Positions 39,790-48,609 of a DNA stretch of 64,000 nucleotides are shown piece by piece; position 1 is the first letter of the stretch; each line of letters begins with the position of its first letter. The notes under the pieces are model-generated. The model saw only the letters and a program-made list of their open reading frames with translations. It was not told the origin of the DNA and ran no database searches. The position numbers were made by a program, and so were the translations under genes. Origin of the DNA: an uncultured Desulfospira sp. (GTDB lineage: Bacteria; Desulfobacterota; Desulfobacteria; Desulfobacterales; Desulfobacteraceae); the NCBI GenBank assembly GCA_963663165.1, contig OY760175.1, positions 6,176,001-6,240,000 of the forward strand, in the 5' to 3' direction.

Positions 39790-40867
39790 ATGCAGGTATT
39801 TTTAACCGGTGCAACCGGCTTCATCGGCCAGGCTCTGGTACGCATCATGCGCCAACGCAACTGGCAGGTCCGTACCTTGGTCAGGGATCTTGACAGTCCT
39901 GCGTCACATTGGTTGAAGGCACAGGGGTGCCAACTGGTACACGGCGACGTTCTCCAGCCCAAAGGCCTGTCTCAGGCCATGGCCGGCATTGACGTTTTGC
40001 TGCACAACGCAGGCATCTACGAACTGGGGGTAACGCGCGCTGCAGAACTCAGAATGCAGCAGGTAAATGTGCAGGGGACCTCCCATGTGCTGGGCGCCGC
40101 GCTGGAGGCGGGCGTCCCTCGAACCGTGTATGTCTCCACTGTCTGGGCATTGGGGGGATCGAAGCTATCTGAGAAACCGGTGAGCATGCTTGATGAAAAC
40201 GCCCGGCATAGCGGTGTCTACCTTTCTTCCTATGAGCGCAGCAAGGCCGAGGCTCATCTGGTGGCATTGGATTGGCGCAAAAAAGGCCTGCCCATGGTAA
40301 TCGGGATGCCTAACGGTGTCGTCGGCATTAACGATCATGCCACTTTCGGCTACTTTCTTCGACTGTACTTATTGCACAAAATGCCGCCGGTTGCCTGGGG
40401 ACGAAATGTTGTATATTCGCTTGTCGAAGTAAATGCTCTGGCCCAAGGACTTTGCCTGGCAGCGGAAAAAGCACCGGTTGGAGAGGATTACGTATTCTGC
40501 GGCCCCCCCCATAACTTTGGGCGGCCTGTTTGAACAGTGGGGGCGCTATCCTGGCGGAATGGCCCCCCGCCTGTGGCTGCCCAGGTGGTTCATGGGCGCC
40601 ACAATGGCACTTCTCGAACCGATAGAGCGCCGGTTGGGTCTGCCTGCATTTCTCTGTCGCGATGCGGTGAATGTGACACGGGTGCACCTGAGCTATAGTG
40701 CGGCAAAGGCCCGGCGCGAGCTGGGCTGGCAGCATCCGGGTATTGAAGAAATGTGTAAAGCCATCGTACCGGCTGAGCTGGCCTTGATGGCAAGCCGCAC
40801 CGGCCGGCTGAACAAATTACGCCACCAAGCCGTATCAGAAAGCATGACAGCAACAAAAAACAGATGA
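39790..40867 (+). pseudogene. NAD-dependent epimerase/dehydratase, frameshifted in a C8 tract
   Basis: TGATGFIG, YERSK; C8 at 40503-40510, and C7 would join the two frames (CGPPITLGGLFE). Confidence 0.8.
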
Positions 40868-40926
40868 TGGGAGTTTTGATCAACAAAAAAGGGTTTTGGC
40901 CGATCGGCCAAAACCCCTGATCTTCG

Positions 40927-40986
40927 TGGTACCGGAGGTCGGACTTGAACCGACAAGGGCTTGCGCCCGGAGGATTTTGAGTCCTC
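40927..40986 (-). repeat. att site: 60-bp duplicate of the tRNA-Leu 3' part
   Basis: Identical to 46823-46882 (anticodon stem through CCA). Confidence 0.92.
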
Positions 40987-41150
40987 AGATAGTCTTTTTT
41001 ACTTTTCTTAATCTGCCTTAATAAGCGTTTATAACCGTTGACTGTAAAGGCTTTTCGTGTGATATTGAGTTTAATCAAATATTATGAAATTTAGCCGTTT
41101 TTAATGTAGTTTGGATGCTATTTGGATGCTGGATTTTAACCTGAGGAGGT

Positions 41151-42407
41151 TTGAATAAAATGCCGAAAGCCCCATTAACAAAGAAGTTCATTGACGGATT
41201 GGAATTTGCGCCTGCCGGTAAACCGTTATTTTACTGGGATACTAAGCTCAATGGACTTGGGCTTAAAGTCACATCACAGAAAAAGATTTTCCTGGCTCAA
41301 GCATATGTTAAAAATCTTGGTAAAAGGCGCCGGGTTACTCTCGGTTCCTATGGGGCGTTGACCCTCAAGCAAGCCGAAGAGGCCGCCAAGAAAACACTTG
41401 GGGAAATGGCTATAGGTGGCGACCCATCAGCAGAAAGAAAGAAAAAGAAGGCTGAAAACGTGACCCTTGACCAGGTGGTGGGCTCTTATCTTAAATCAAA
41501 GACATTAAAACCCCTCTCCATTAAAGACATCAAAACCCATAGGGATTTCAATTTCAAAGCCTGGAAAAATAAGCCTTTATCACAGATAAACCGGGAGGAT
41601 GTGAAAAAGAAGTTTATGGAGATAACCAAGAGATCTCCAGCTCAGGCGAACCAGGCATTTAGGAATTTCCGGGCCTGGTGGAACTATGCCATTGCCGAAT
41701 ACCGGTACCCGAATGATACCCCCGTGTTCGGTGAAAATCCGGTCAACATCCTGTCTGAACAAAAGATATGGAACCAGGTAAAACCCCGGGATGGAAAGAT
41801 CCCAGTCAACAAGGTGGGAATTGCCTGGAATACACTTAAGGATTTGAACAGATCCCCTGTGCAGTCTCCGGCAAGCAGGACCATGGTGGATGCCGCAATT
41901 TTTATCCTTCTGACCGGTGGCCGACTGGATGAAGCCACGGCCTTGACCTGGGGCCGGGTAAACACAGAGGAGGGGTGGTGGCATCTGGATGACCCGAAGA
42001 ATCACCGGGCCGTTACTTTTCCCCTTTCAAAAGTCGCCTGTGAAATCATTGAAAGCCGTCCACGGGTTAATGAATATGTTTTCGGCTCCAAAGGAAAATA
42101 CGGGCATATCACCGAGATCCGGACTCCTATGAAAAAAATATCAGAGGCCATCGGGGTGAAGGTAACCGCTCATGACCTGCGCCGGACGTTTAAGGCCATG
42201 GCCATTGAGAACCAGATTGAATTATGGAAAGCGAACCTGTTGACAAACCATCAGGAATCCGGGGTGGCGATCAAACATTATGTAGAAACCTCAGACCTGC
42301 AATATTTCCGGCAGGAGGTGAACATCATCGCTGATTGGGTGGAGGAACAGGCCGGGATTGCTAAAACGGATAATGTTATTTCCATGGTAGAAAGGCAGCG
42401 GGCCTAA
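41151..42407 (+). CDS. Tyrosine integrase with N-terminal arm-binding domain
   Basis: WDTKLNGLGLKV arm domain; TGGR..E, KN, HDLRR, NH, HY catalytic residues. Confidence 0.92.
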   Translation: MNKMPKAPLTKKFIDGLEFAPAGKPLFYWDTKLNGLGLKVTSQKKIFLAQAYVKNLGKRRRVTLGSYGALTLKQAEEAAKKTLGEMAIGGDPSAERKKKKAENVTLDQVVGSYLKSKTLKPLSIKDIKTHRDFNFKAWKNKPLSQINREDVKKKFMEITKRSPAQANQAFRNFRAWWNYAIAEYRYPNDTPVFGENPVNILSEQKIWNQVKPRDGKIPVNKVGIAWNTLKDLNRSPVQSPASRTMVDAAIFILLTGGRLDEATALTWGRVNTEEGWWHLDDPKNHRAVTFPLSKVACEIIESRPRVNEYVFGSKGKYGHITEIRTPMKKISEAIGVKVTAHDLRRTFKAMAIENQIELWKANLLTNHQESGVAIKHYVETSDLQYFRQEVNIIADWVEEQAGIAKTDNVISMVERQRA

Positions 42408-42457
42408 GTGAAAGTTATTACAAATTAACGGGATTTAATATATACTAAAAGGAAAAT

Positions 42458-42697
42458 ATGAGCCCTACAATATTACGGGAAAAGGGTTACCGTTTCTTTT
42501 TCTTTTCAAGAGAAGAAACGCGAATGCATGTCCACATTTATGGTGGAAACGGCGAGGCAAAATTCTGGCTGGAACCTGAAATCGAATTAGCCAGGAACCA
42601 TGGGTTATCCAGGTTGGAATTAAAACAAATCGAAAATATAATAGAGGGTTATCATGAGCAGTTCAAAACCGCTTGGCAAAAACATTTCGGGGGTTGA
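42458..42697 (+). CDS. DUF4160-family protein (putative toxin)
   Basis: GYRFFFFSREE..HVH...EAKFWL. Confidence 0.8.
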   Translation: MSPTILREKGYRFFFFSREETRMHVHIYGGNGEAKFWLEPEIELARNHGLSRLELKQIENIIEGYHEQFKTAWQKHFGG

Positions 42698-42950
42698 GGT
42701 TACCAACATCTCCACCCATGGAATCTGGCTGTTATCAGGAGATAAAGAGTTATTTCTTGCTTATGACCATTTCCCCTGGTTCAAGGACGTTTCAATTGGG
42801 AAAATAATCAATGTTGAAGAACCCAGCCCTGGCCATTTTTATTGGCCGGATCTTGATGTTGATTTGGGGCTTGAGTCCATTGAGCATCCGGAGCGGTTTC
42901 CTCTTATCTCCAAAGGGAATGTTATATCTTCAAATCTTGAAACAGTATAA
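42654..42950 (+). CDS. DUF2442-family protein (putative antitoxin)
   Basis: FPWF...WPDLDVDL; overlaps DUF4160. Confidence 0.8.
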   Translation: MSSSKPLGKNISGVEVTNISTHGIWLLSGDKELFLAYDHFPWFKDVSIGKIINVEEPSPGHFYWPDLDVDLGLESIEHPERFPLISKGNVISSNLETV

Positions 42951-43602
42951 CCCCTTCCCCGGGATAGAAACTGGCTGATCACTGGTTTTGAATGGCGGTC
43001 TTCCTGAACCGTTTTTCCCGGGAAGAGGCTTTGAATACGACGAATCAAAACCGGCCACAAATAGCAGACAGATAAAATTCATCGAGAGGTATCTCTTCAT
43101 TTCCCCCCCCTGCGGGTGCAATCCCATTTAGTGGCATGAACTGACATGTATCCAATTTTTCCGTTTTTCATGCTGCATTGAATACTCTGCCCTCCCAAAA
43201 AAAGCTGGACTCCTGGCTCATGAAAGGTTATATAGATTTGCATGAGCAGGACTTTAACCATTCAAGGACGTGAATTTTCAGAAGTTGATATACAAACGAT
43301 ACGCCATTTGATTAACGACAATCCCGCCTGGCACCGCACTCGTTTATCCAAAGAATTGTGTGCTCGCTGGGATTGGCGCACGGAAAAAGGTCTGCTCAAG
43401 GACATGGCCTGTCGAAGCATGCTGAGAAAACTTGAGCAAAAAGGGATGGTCACACTTCCCGTTGCCCGTCATAGCGGTAACCGTCAGCGGCGTATTCCCG
43501 ATGTCCCCCATGATTGTAAGCCGATAGAAACCACTTTGCGTAAGATCCGCCCGATACAATTGATACCGGTATCGGGCCGTGGAGATATTGATGATTTATT
43601 GT

Positions 43603-44185
43603 TTCTGTAAAAGGTTAAAACCCCCGCCTTTAGGCGGGTAGCATTTTGCCAGTAGTTGTTTTATAGTGCTTTACATGAGCTATCGGCAAAACAGTCATAC
43701 GAAGTTCAAAATAGAGTATCACTTTGTTTGGGTAACCAAATACCGATATCACGTATTGCAGGGGGATGTTGCATTGCGAGTCAGAGAACTCGTACGCCAA
43801 ACTTGTGAAAGGTTCGAAATCCACATTTTGCGTGGAGTTGTAAGCAAAGATCACGTTCACATCCTGGTTTCGGCACCACCGAACATTTCTCCTTCGGATA
43901 TAATGCGTCGGATCAAAGGCCGAGTGTCTCGAAAAGTGTTTGAGGAATTTCCTCATTTGAAGAAACGGTATTGGGGCAAGCATTTTTGGGCCCGTGGGTA
44001 TTTTTGTGTGACCGTTGGTGAGTTGACAAAGGAAATGATTCAGGAATATCTCGAACATCATTTTGAAAAAGACCCTAATGACCATTTTGATGTAGAGTGA
44101 CGCATTTCAACCGGCTATTGCCGGTATCGCTGGACTTTCAGTCCGCGCTCTTAAACCCACCGGCTTTAAGCCGGTGGTTGTTTAG
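43603..44185 (+). mobile_element. IS200-like element (tnpA only)
   Basis: Subterminal hairpins CCCGCCTTTAGGCGGG and ACCACCGGCTTTAAGCCGGTGGT-like; boundaries approximate. Confidence 0.8.
43675..44100 (+). CDS. tnpA: IS200/IS605-family Y1 transposase
   Basis: YHFVWVTKYR, DHVHIL (HUH), FWARGYF, IQEY. Confidence 0.93.
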   Translation: MSYRQNSHTKFKIEYHFVWVTKYRYHVLQGDVALRVRELVRQTCERFEIHILRGVVSKDHVHILVSAPPNISPSDIMRRIKGRVSRKVFEEFPHLKKRYWGKHFWARGYFCVTVGELTKEMIQEYLEHHFEKDPNDHFDVE

Positions 44186-44757
44186 TCCATTGCCTTATGG
44201 ATCGATATCATTACCTTGGGTGTAAAGGGTATGTCGGAGAACATATGAAGTATATGGCTTTTGATCGCAATTCTCGTCCGGTTGCCTGCCTGCTTTTTGG
44301 CTCAGCAGCATGGAAAACGGCCCCTCGTGACCGATTCATCGGTTGGGATAGGTCGGCTCGTCGCAGGAACCTGCATATGACGACCAACAATACCCGATTT
44401 TTGATTTTGCCATGGATTCGAATTCCCCATCTTGCCAGTCATATTCTGGGTTCATGTCTTAGGCGGCTGAGCCGGGACTGGACAGCTAAATATGGTCACG
44501 ATATCTGTCTGGTAGAAACTTTCGTGGATCGATCACGCTTTGCCGGAACTTGCTACCAGGCGGCAAATTGGCAAAAAATTGGTCAAAGCAAAGGGCGAAG
44601 CCGTCAAGACAGGCACCACAGACTTCAGGTGCCGATAAAAGACATCTATGTATACCCGTTGACTTCCAATTATAAAAAGCAGCTATGCACACAACCTTGA
44701 GGGTTTCAGTCATCGAAATGACAGGTAATTTTTCAACCTGCAATTCGAGGACTGATC

Positions 44758-46158
44758 ATGAAACTTGCTTCCACTATAAGGGATATTCGAACCCTTCTAA
44801 CAAAAGCCGTAGCTGATTTCCAAAACCATCAAAATGCTAATATCCTGTGTGAGCAGGTACGGAACGGCCTCTTCATTATTGTGGAAGCATTTCTGGTTCC
44901 CGTCATTGAAAAGGCACTGTCTGACCCGGATCTTTTATCTGAACTGAAAATTGGTGCCGGTAAAAAGGGACTGCGTTTCAACGGATACCGCCCCAGCAGC
45001 ATTCGATTATTGACAGGAACTACCCTGAGCATCCGATCCCCTTACTTTTCAAAAGTTGTTTCCAAACAACGGCCAGGCCCTAAAACAAAAAAACGACAAA
45101 AGGGGACAGGCCGCCATTTTGGGCTTGATTACCTTGGTTTTATCGGCAGGTGTTCAACGCTGTTCGCTTCGTCGGTGGTCCATGCAGCATTGCTCTGTCC
45201 CTCTTTTGAAATTGCCCGAAGATCCCTGGAAAACCATGCAATCAACTTAAATGTCAAAACCATACGCCGCATAACAATGAATCTTGCACAGGAAGCTATG
45301 CCCCTGCGTGGCCGGGTATCTTTTGGAGATACTGATCGCGTTGGTGGCAAAACGGTTCTGGTTTGTATCGACGGCGGTCGCCTTCGAGAACGGAGGCCAA
45401 AACGGGGACGTAAATCAAAAGGCCAAAAGCGGCAGGGATATCATGCTGAATGGAAAGAACCCATTCAGTTTGTCATACATATTGTCGATCCGGACGGCAC
45501 AATATCCAAAAAACACTTGCCGGTTTATGATGCCACAATGGGCGGTATTGATGCCGCTTTTGATATTCTTGAGATCTACTTGCGTGAATTAGATATTCCC
45601 AAAGCCAAGCGTGTTGTTTTCTGCTGTGACGGTGCACGTAGCTATTGGAAGCGAACAGGCCCGCTGGCCAAACGGCTTGAAATCGAATCCTATTATGAGG
45701 TAATCGACTACACCCATGCAAAACAGAATTTACATGAAATCGTGGACAAATTGCCAAAGAGAATCCCTATAAAAGAAAGAAACCGGATAGCAGAATCTTG
45801 GAAGAACCTCCTTTGGGATGGCAGATTCAAAGACCTTAGAAAAGAAATTGTAAAACACATTACGTACCCTAAAAGGCGCATAGAAGCACTATCCAAATTT
45901 AAAAGTTACTTCGTGAAAAATCGAAACAGAATGCAGTATCGCCAGTTCCGCAGCCTGAAAATACCTACTGGCAGCGGCTGTGTTGAAAGTGCAATACGTC
46001 GGGTTATAAATCTCAGAATGAAATCACCGGGTATATTCTGGAAACCGGAAACATCCGAATCAATGTTGTTCTTAAGGAGTCAGCTCCTTTCCGGGAGGTG
46101 GAACATCTTGACTGACAATATCTTCATACAAATTCGGTCACTTTGCTTAGGCCACTAA
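44758..46158 (+). CDS. ISKra4-like DDE transposase
   Basis: IDGG, CDGA..W, IDYTHA..L, GSGCVESA; the stop lies within the right TIR. Confidence 0.8.
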   Translation: MKLASTIRDIRTLLTKAVADFQNHQNANILCEQVRNGLFIIVEAFLVPVIEKALSDPDLLSELKIGAGKKGLRFNGYRPSSIRLLTGTTLSIRSPYFSKVVSKQRPGPKTKKRQKGTGRHFGLDYLGFIGRCSTLFASSVVHAALLCPSFEIARRSLENHAINLNVKTIRRITMNLAQEAMPLRGRVSFGDTDRVGGKTVLVCIDGGRLRERRPKRGRKSKGQKRQGYHAEWKEPIQFVIHIVDPDGTISKKHLPVYDATMGGIDAAFDILEIYLRELDIPKAKRVVFCCDGARSYWKRTGPLAKRLEIESYYEVIDYTHAKQNLHEIVDKLPKRIPIKERNRIAESWKNLLWDGRFKDLRKEIVKHITYPKRRIEALSKFKSYFVKNRNRMQYRQFRSLKIPTGSGCVESAIRRVINLRMKSPGIFWKPETSESMLFLRSQLLSGRWNILTDNIFIQIRSLCLGH

Positions 46159-46172
46159 ATGGGAATGCACCC

Positions 46173-46314
46173 AACCGCCAGTTGCCTCTGCAAGTTGTTG
46201 ACGAGGGATACCACCTGGGAACTTCTCAGTTAATTTTTTCTCAAAAGCCTTCAAAATCGTCTCGATACCCCAAGGTTCCTGACAATTCTGATTTTCATTC
46301 GTGATGCTTTCCAT
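46173..46314 (-). pseudogene. 5' fragment of a small DNA-binding (Xis/AlpA-like) gene cut by the IS
   Basis: MESITNE...EKFPGGIPRQQLAEATGG runs directly into the IS end; AAGGA upstream. Confidence 0.45.
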
Positions 46315-46822
46315 TTAAGATCCTTTATTCTTTTTTCAAGTTGTGTCGAAAAATGAACACCTGTGAACACCTGAAATACTATGGCATATATTCAGTCTCT
46401 ACAATCGAACAGTCATACATAGCCTTCTATGGTGGAAAAAGAGGGGGGAAGGATTTTTAACACGGTCTTTTTATTGGCCACTCAGGTTCCTGAAATTTTG
46501 ATGAGGAGTTTAAAACGGTTCCGAAAGATGTATGAAGATTGAAGAACGGTAGCAACGCAACGCTTAGAGATCGTTTCAGCGGTGAGCAGTATCATCAAAA
46601 AGGCTGTGGAGGCCGGCTGTATAAAGCCATATGATGAAGGCGCGAGTCTCAGAACGATACGGTATATTCCCTAAAAAAAGAGACGAAGGCGTCATGAATT
46701 ATAAAAACCGGAGCAATTCCTTAAAAAATAAAATATCAGCCGCTTGCTTCCTATTTGCTTCCTGGAACAATTCTCAAATAAAAAAAGGAGCGCCGTTTGA
46801 TGGCTAACTCCTTGTTTTTACT

Positions 46823-46909
46823 TGGTACCGGAGGTCGGACTTGAACCGACAAGGGCTTGCGCCCGGAGGATTTTGAGTCCTCTGCGTCTACCAATTCCAC
46901 CACTCCGGC
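46823..46909 (-). tRNA. tRNA-Leu (anticodon CAA)
   Basis: GCCGGAGTGGTGGAATTGGTAGACGCAGAGGACTCAAAATCCTC...GGTTCAAGTCCGACCTCCGGTACCA; long variable arm. Confidence 0.97.
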
Positions 46910-46920
46910 ATGAGGGTCTT

Positions 46921-46949
46921 TTAATAATGGAAAATCTGGAATTTGTCAA
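46921..46949 (-). promoter_or_regulatory. Sigma-70 promoter of tRNA-Leu
   Basis: TTGACA-17 nt-TATTAA on the minus strand. Confidence 0.6.
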
Positions 46950-47123
46950 TTGGTTTATGCAAGATTGGTTTTGAAATCAGGGCTTAAATTGTATATAGTT
47001 AAGACAGCGTTCTACTTTTCAGCATTTTTTTGAATTCAGTCAAAACTTAAAACCCGGGGCAACAGTTTTTTTTCGACCCACGATCGTATGCTTGACCAAC
47101 TCATTTCATGAAAGGATGGGGGT

Positions 47124-47885
47124 ATGAAATTCACCTTCCGGATATTGGTTCTGGCTTTGGGCCTTTGGGGTGCCTCCCTGGGCAGCGGGGTGGCCGAAGA
47201 ACAAACTCTGCGACTGGCCACCGATCCCTGGCCCCCTTATTCTATCGGGTTCTCGGGCGGCAAGCTCCAAGGGGGGTATGCCCTCGAGGTGGGAACAGCA
47301 CTGAGCCGGCATTTGAATTGTGATTTCAAAGCAGATCTTTTTCCATGGAGACGGGTTCTGCTGTATATGGAAAAGGGGAATTACGATATAACATTTCCGG
47401 TCCAATACAAACCTGACCGCGAAAGGTTTATGGTTTTCAGTGATGTGGTGCTTGAGGACCGCGTTTTTGTGTGGCTGCTCAAAGACCGGCAAGACGATCT
47501 GGTCAACTGGCAGACCATTGACGATTTGAAACCGTATAAATTCGGGATTGTCTCAGGCTATACCTACCAGGCACAAATGGATGAGGCCCTGGAAAAACGA
47601 ATTATCCGGTCTGAGCAGTCGTTCTCTGCTGAACCCAATTTTATAAAGCTTATAGGGAAGCGGTTTGATGCCGTGCTTGAGAGTGAATCCGTTGTGTTGA
47701 GCTTTTTTAAGAAGAATCCGGAATGGCGCCAACAGATCATCCACGCACCCACAGTGGTCGCCAAGGATGAGTTCCGGATCGGTATTTCAAAAAAATCAAC
47801 CTTTGCAAAGATGCTGCCGCAGATCAATCAGGTGATCCAAAAGATGAAGGATGACGGAACCATTAACCGGATCACAGGGCAATGA
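47124..47885 (+). CDS. Family-3 periplasmic substrate-binding protein (orphan)
   Basis: Signal peptide, DPWPPY, PWRR, KMKDDGT. Confidence 0.8.
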   Translation: MKFTFRILVLALGLWGASLGSGVAEEQTLRLATDPWPPYSIGFSGGKLQGGYALEVGTALSRHLNCDFKADLFPWRRVLLYMEKGNYDITFPVQYKPDRERFMVFSDVVLEDRVFVWLLKDRQDDLVNWQTIDDLKPYKFGIVSGYTYQAQMDEALEKRIIRSEQSFSAEPNFIKLIGKRFDAVLESESVVLSFFKKNPEWRQQIIHAPTVVAKDEFRIGISKKSTFAKMLPQINQVIQKMKDDGTINRITGQ

Positions 47886-47958
47886 CCGTGGAATCTCCAT
47901 TAAGGTATCGCTTCGGCCGGCCGCAGAACAGCATCCAGCCGGTATGAAAGGATGAAGT

Positions 47959-48609
47959 TCACCAGGGTGGTTTCAGGGTATTGTGAATTTCCAGGATGGG
48001 AATGGTTCCTTCTCTTAAAAGGGCGGGCGGGTCAGTGGTAAGATCAAGAACTGTAGAGCCGGCACCGCCTTTGAGGGGGCCCGCGTCCAGGATAAGATGG
48101 ACACCGTCAATCAGGGCCTTGCAAAGCCAGGACGGGTTTTTGCAGCCCGGCTGCCCGGAAAGGTTGGCGCTGGTGCCGGTAACCGGGGTGCCGGCGGCCA
48201 GGACCAGGGCTCGGGCCACAGGATGGGCCGGCAAGCGGATGCCGATCTTTCCGGTTTTGCCGGTTAACACTGAAGGCAGGGCAGGGGATGCCTCAAACAC
48301 CAGGGTGAGGCTGCCGGGCCAGAAGTTGTCCATGAGAATTTCAGCGGTCTGGGGGATATGCCGGACCAGGGGCGGGATGTCGTCTCGGCTGTTTACCAGG
48401 ATCAAAAGGGGCTTTTCGGCCGGTCTTTGTTTGAGGGAAAATATTTGTTTGACAGCCCCGGGGTTTAAGGCGTCTGCGGCCAGGCCGTAAAGGGTCTGGG
48501 TCGGGAAAATGACCAGGCCCTGGTGGTTGATAATTTTTCCGGCTTTTTGGATGGGTTCCGGGTCCGGGCAGTTGGGATCTACCCGGACCCATTTTGTTTC
48601 ATCAGGCAA
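47959..48609 (-). CDS. tsaC: L-threonylcarbamoyladenylate synthase (Sua5/YrdC)
   Basis: FPTQTLYGL, KQRP, WPGSLT, TSANLSG, STVLD; start placed at the TTG overlapping the purD end (uncertain). Confidence 0.88.
   Translation of the reverse strand: MPDETKWVRVDPNCPDPEPIQKAGKIINHQGLVIFPTQTLYGLAADALNPGAVKQIFSLKQRPAEKPLLILVNSRDDIPPLVRHIPQTAEILMDNFWPGSLTLVFEASPALPSVLTGKTGKIGIRLPAHPVARALVLAAGTPVTGTSANLSGQPGCKNPSWLCKALIDGVHLILDAGPLKGGAGSTVLDLTTDPPALLREGTIPILEIHNTLKPPW

Larger units (their letters stand above)
43242..44700 (+). pseudogene. DUF4338 (DruA-like) protein split by IS200
   Basis: N-part RTRLSKELC..W.W...LKDMACR; C-part YHYLG, RDRFIGW, NNTRFLILPW, VETFVD, GTCYQAANW; the frames join as LLF-HCL-MDRY. 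Confidence 0.8.
43114..46172 (+). mobile_element. ISKra4-like (p-MULT DDE) insertion sequence with passenger gene
   Basis: 22-bp TIR GGGTGCAATCCCATTTAGTGGC / GCCACTAAATGGGAATGCACCC (one mismatch); no TSD visible. Confidence 0.8.
40927..46882. mobile_element. ~5.9-kb integrative island in tRNA-Leu(CAA)
   Basis: Flanking 60-bp direct repeats, tyrosine integrase next to one att, lower GC. Confidence 0.85.

Noticed and set aside
39514..40533. DUF2442-epimerase fusion protein
   Set aside because: Chance in-frame join of a pseudogene fragment to the epimerase, which has its own RBS and ATG at 39790
43630..44085. 151-aa ORF antisense to tnpA
   Set aside because: Shadow ORF of IS200 tnpA; no motifs
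43242..44700. Complete Druantia defence system
   Set aside because: Only an interrupted DruA-like gene is present; no DruE helicase or DruB-D
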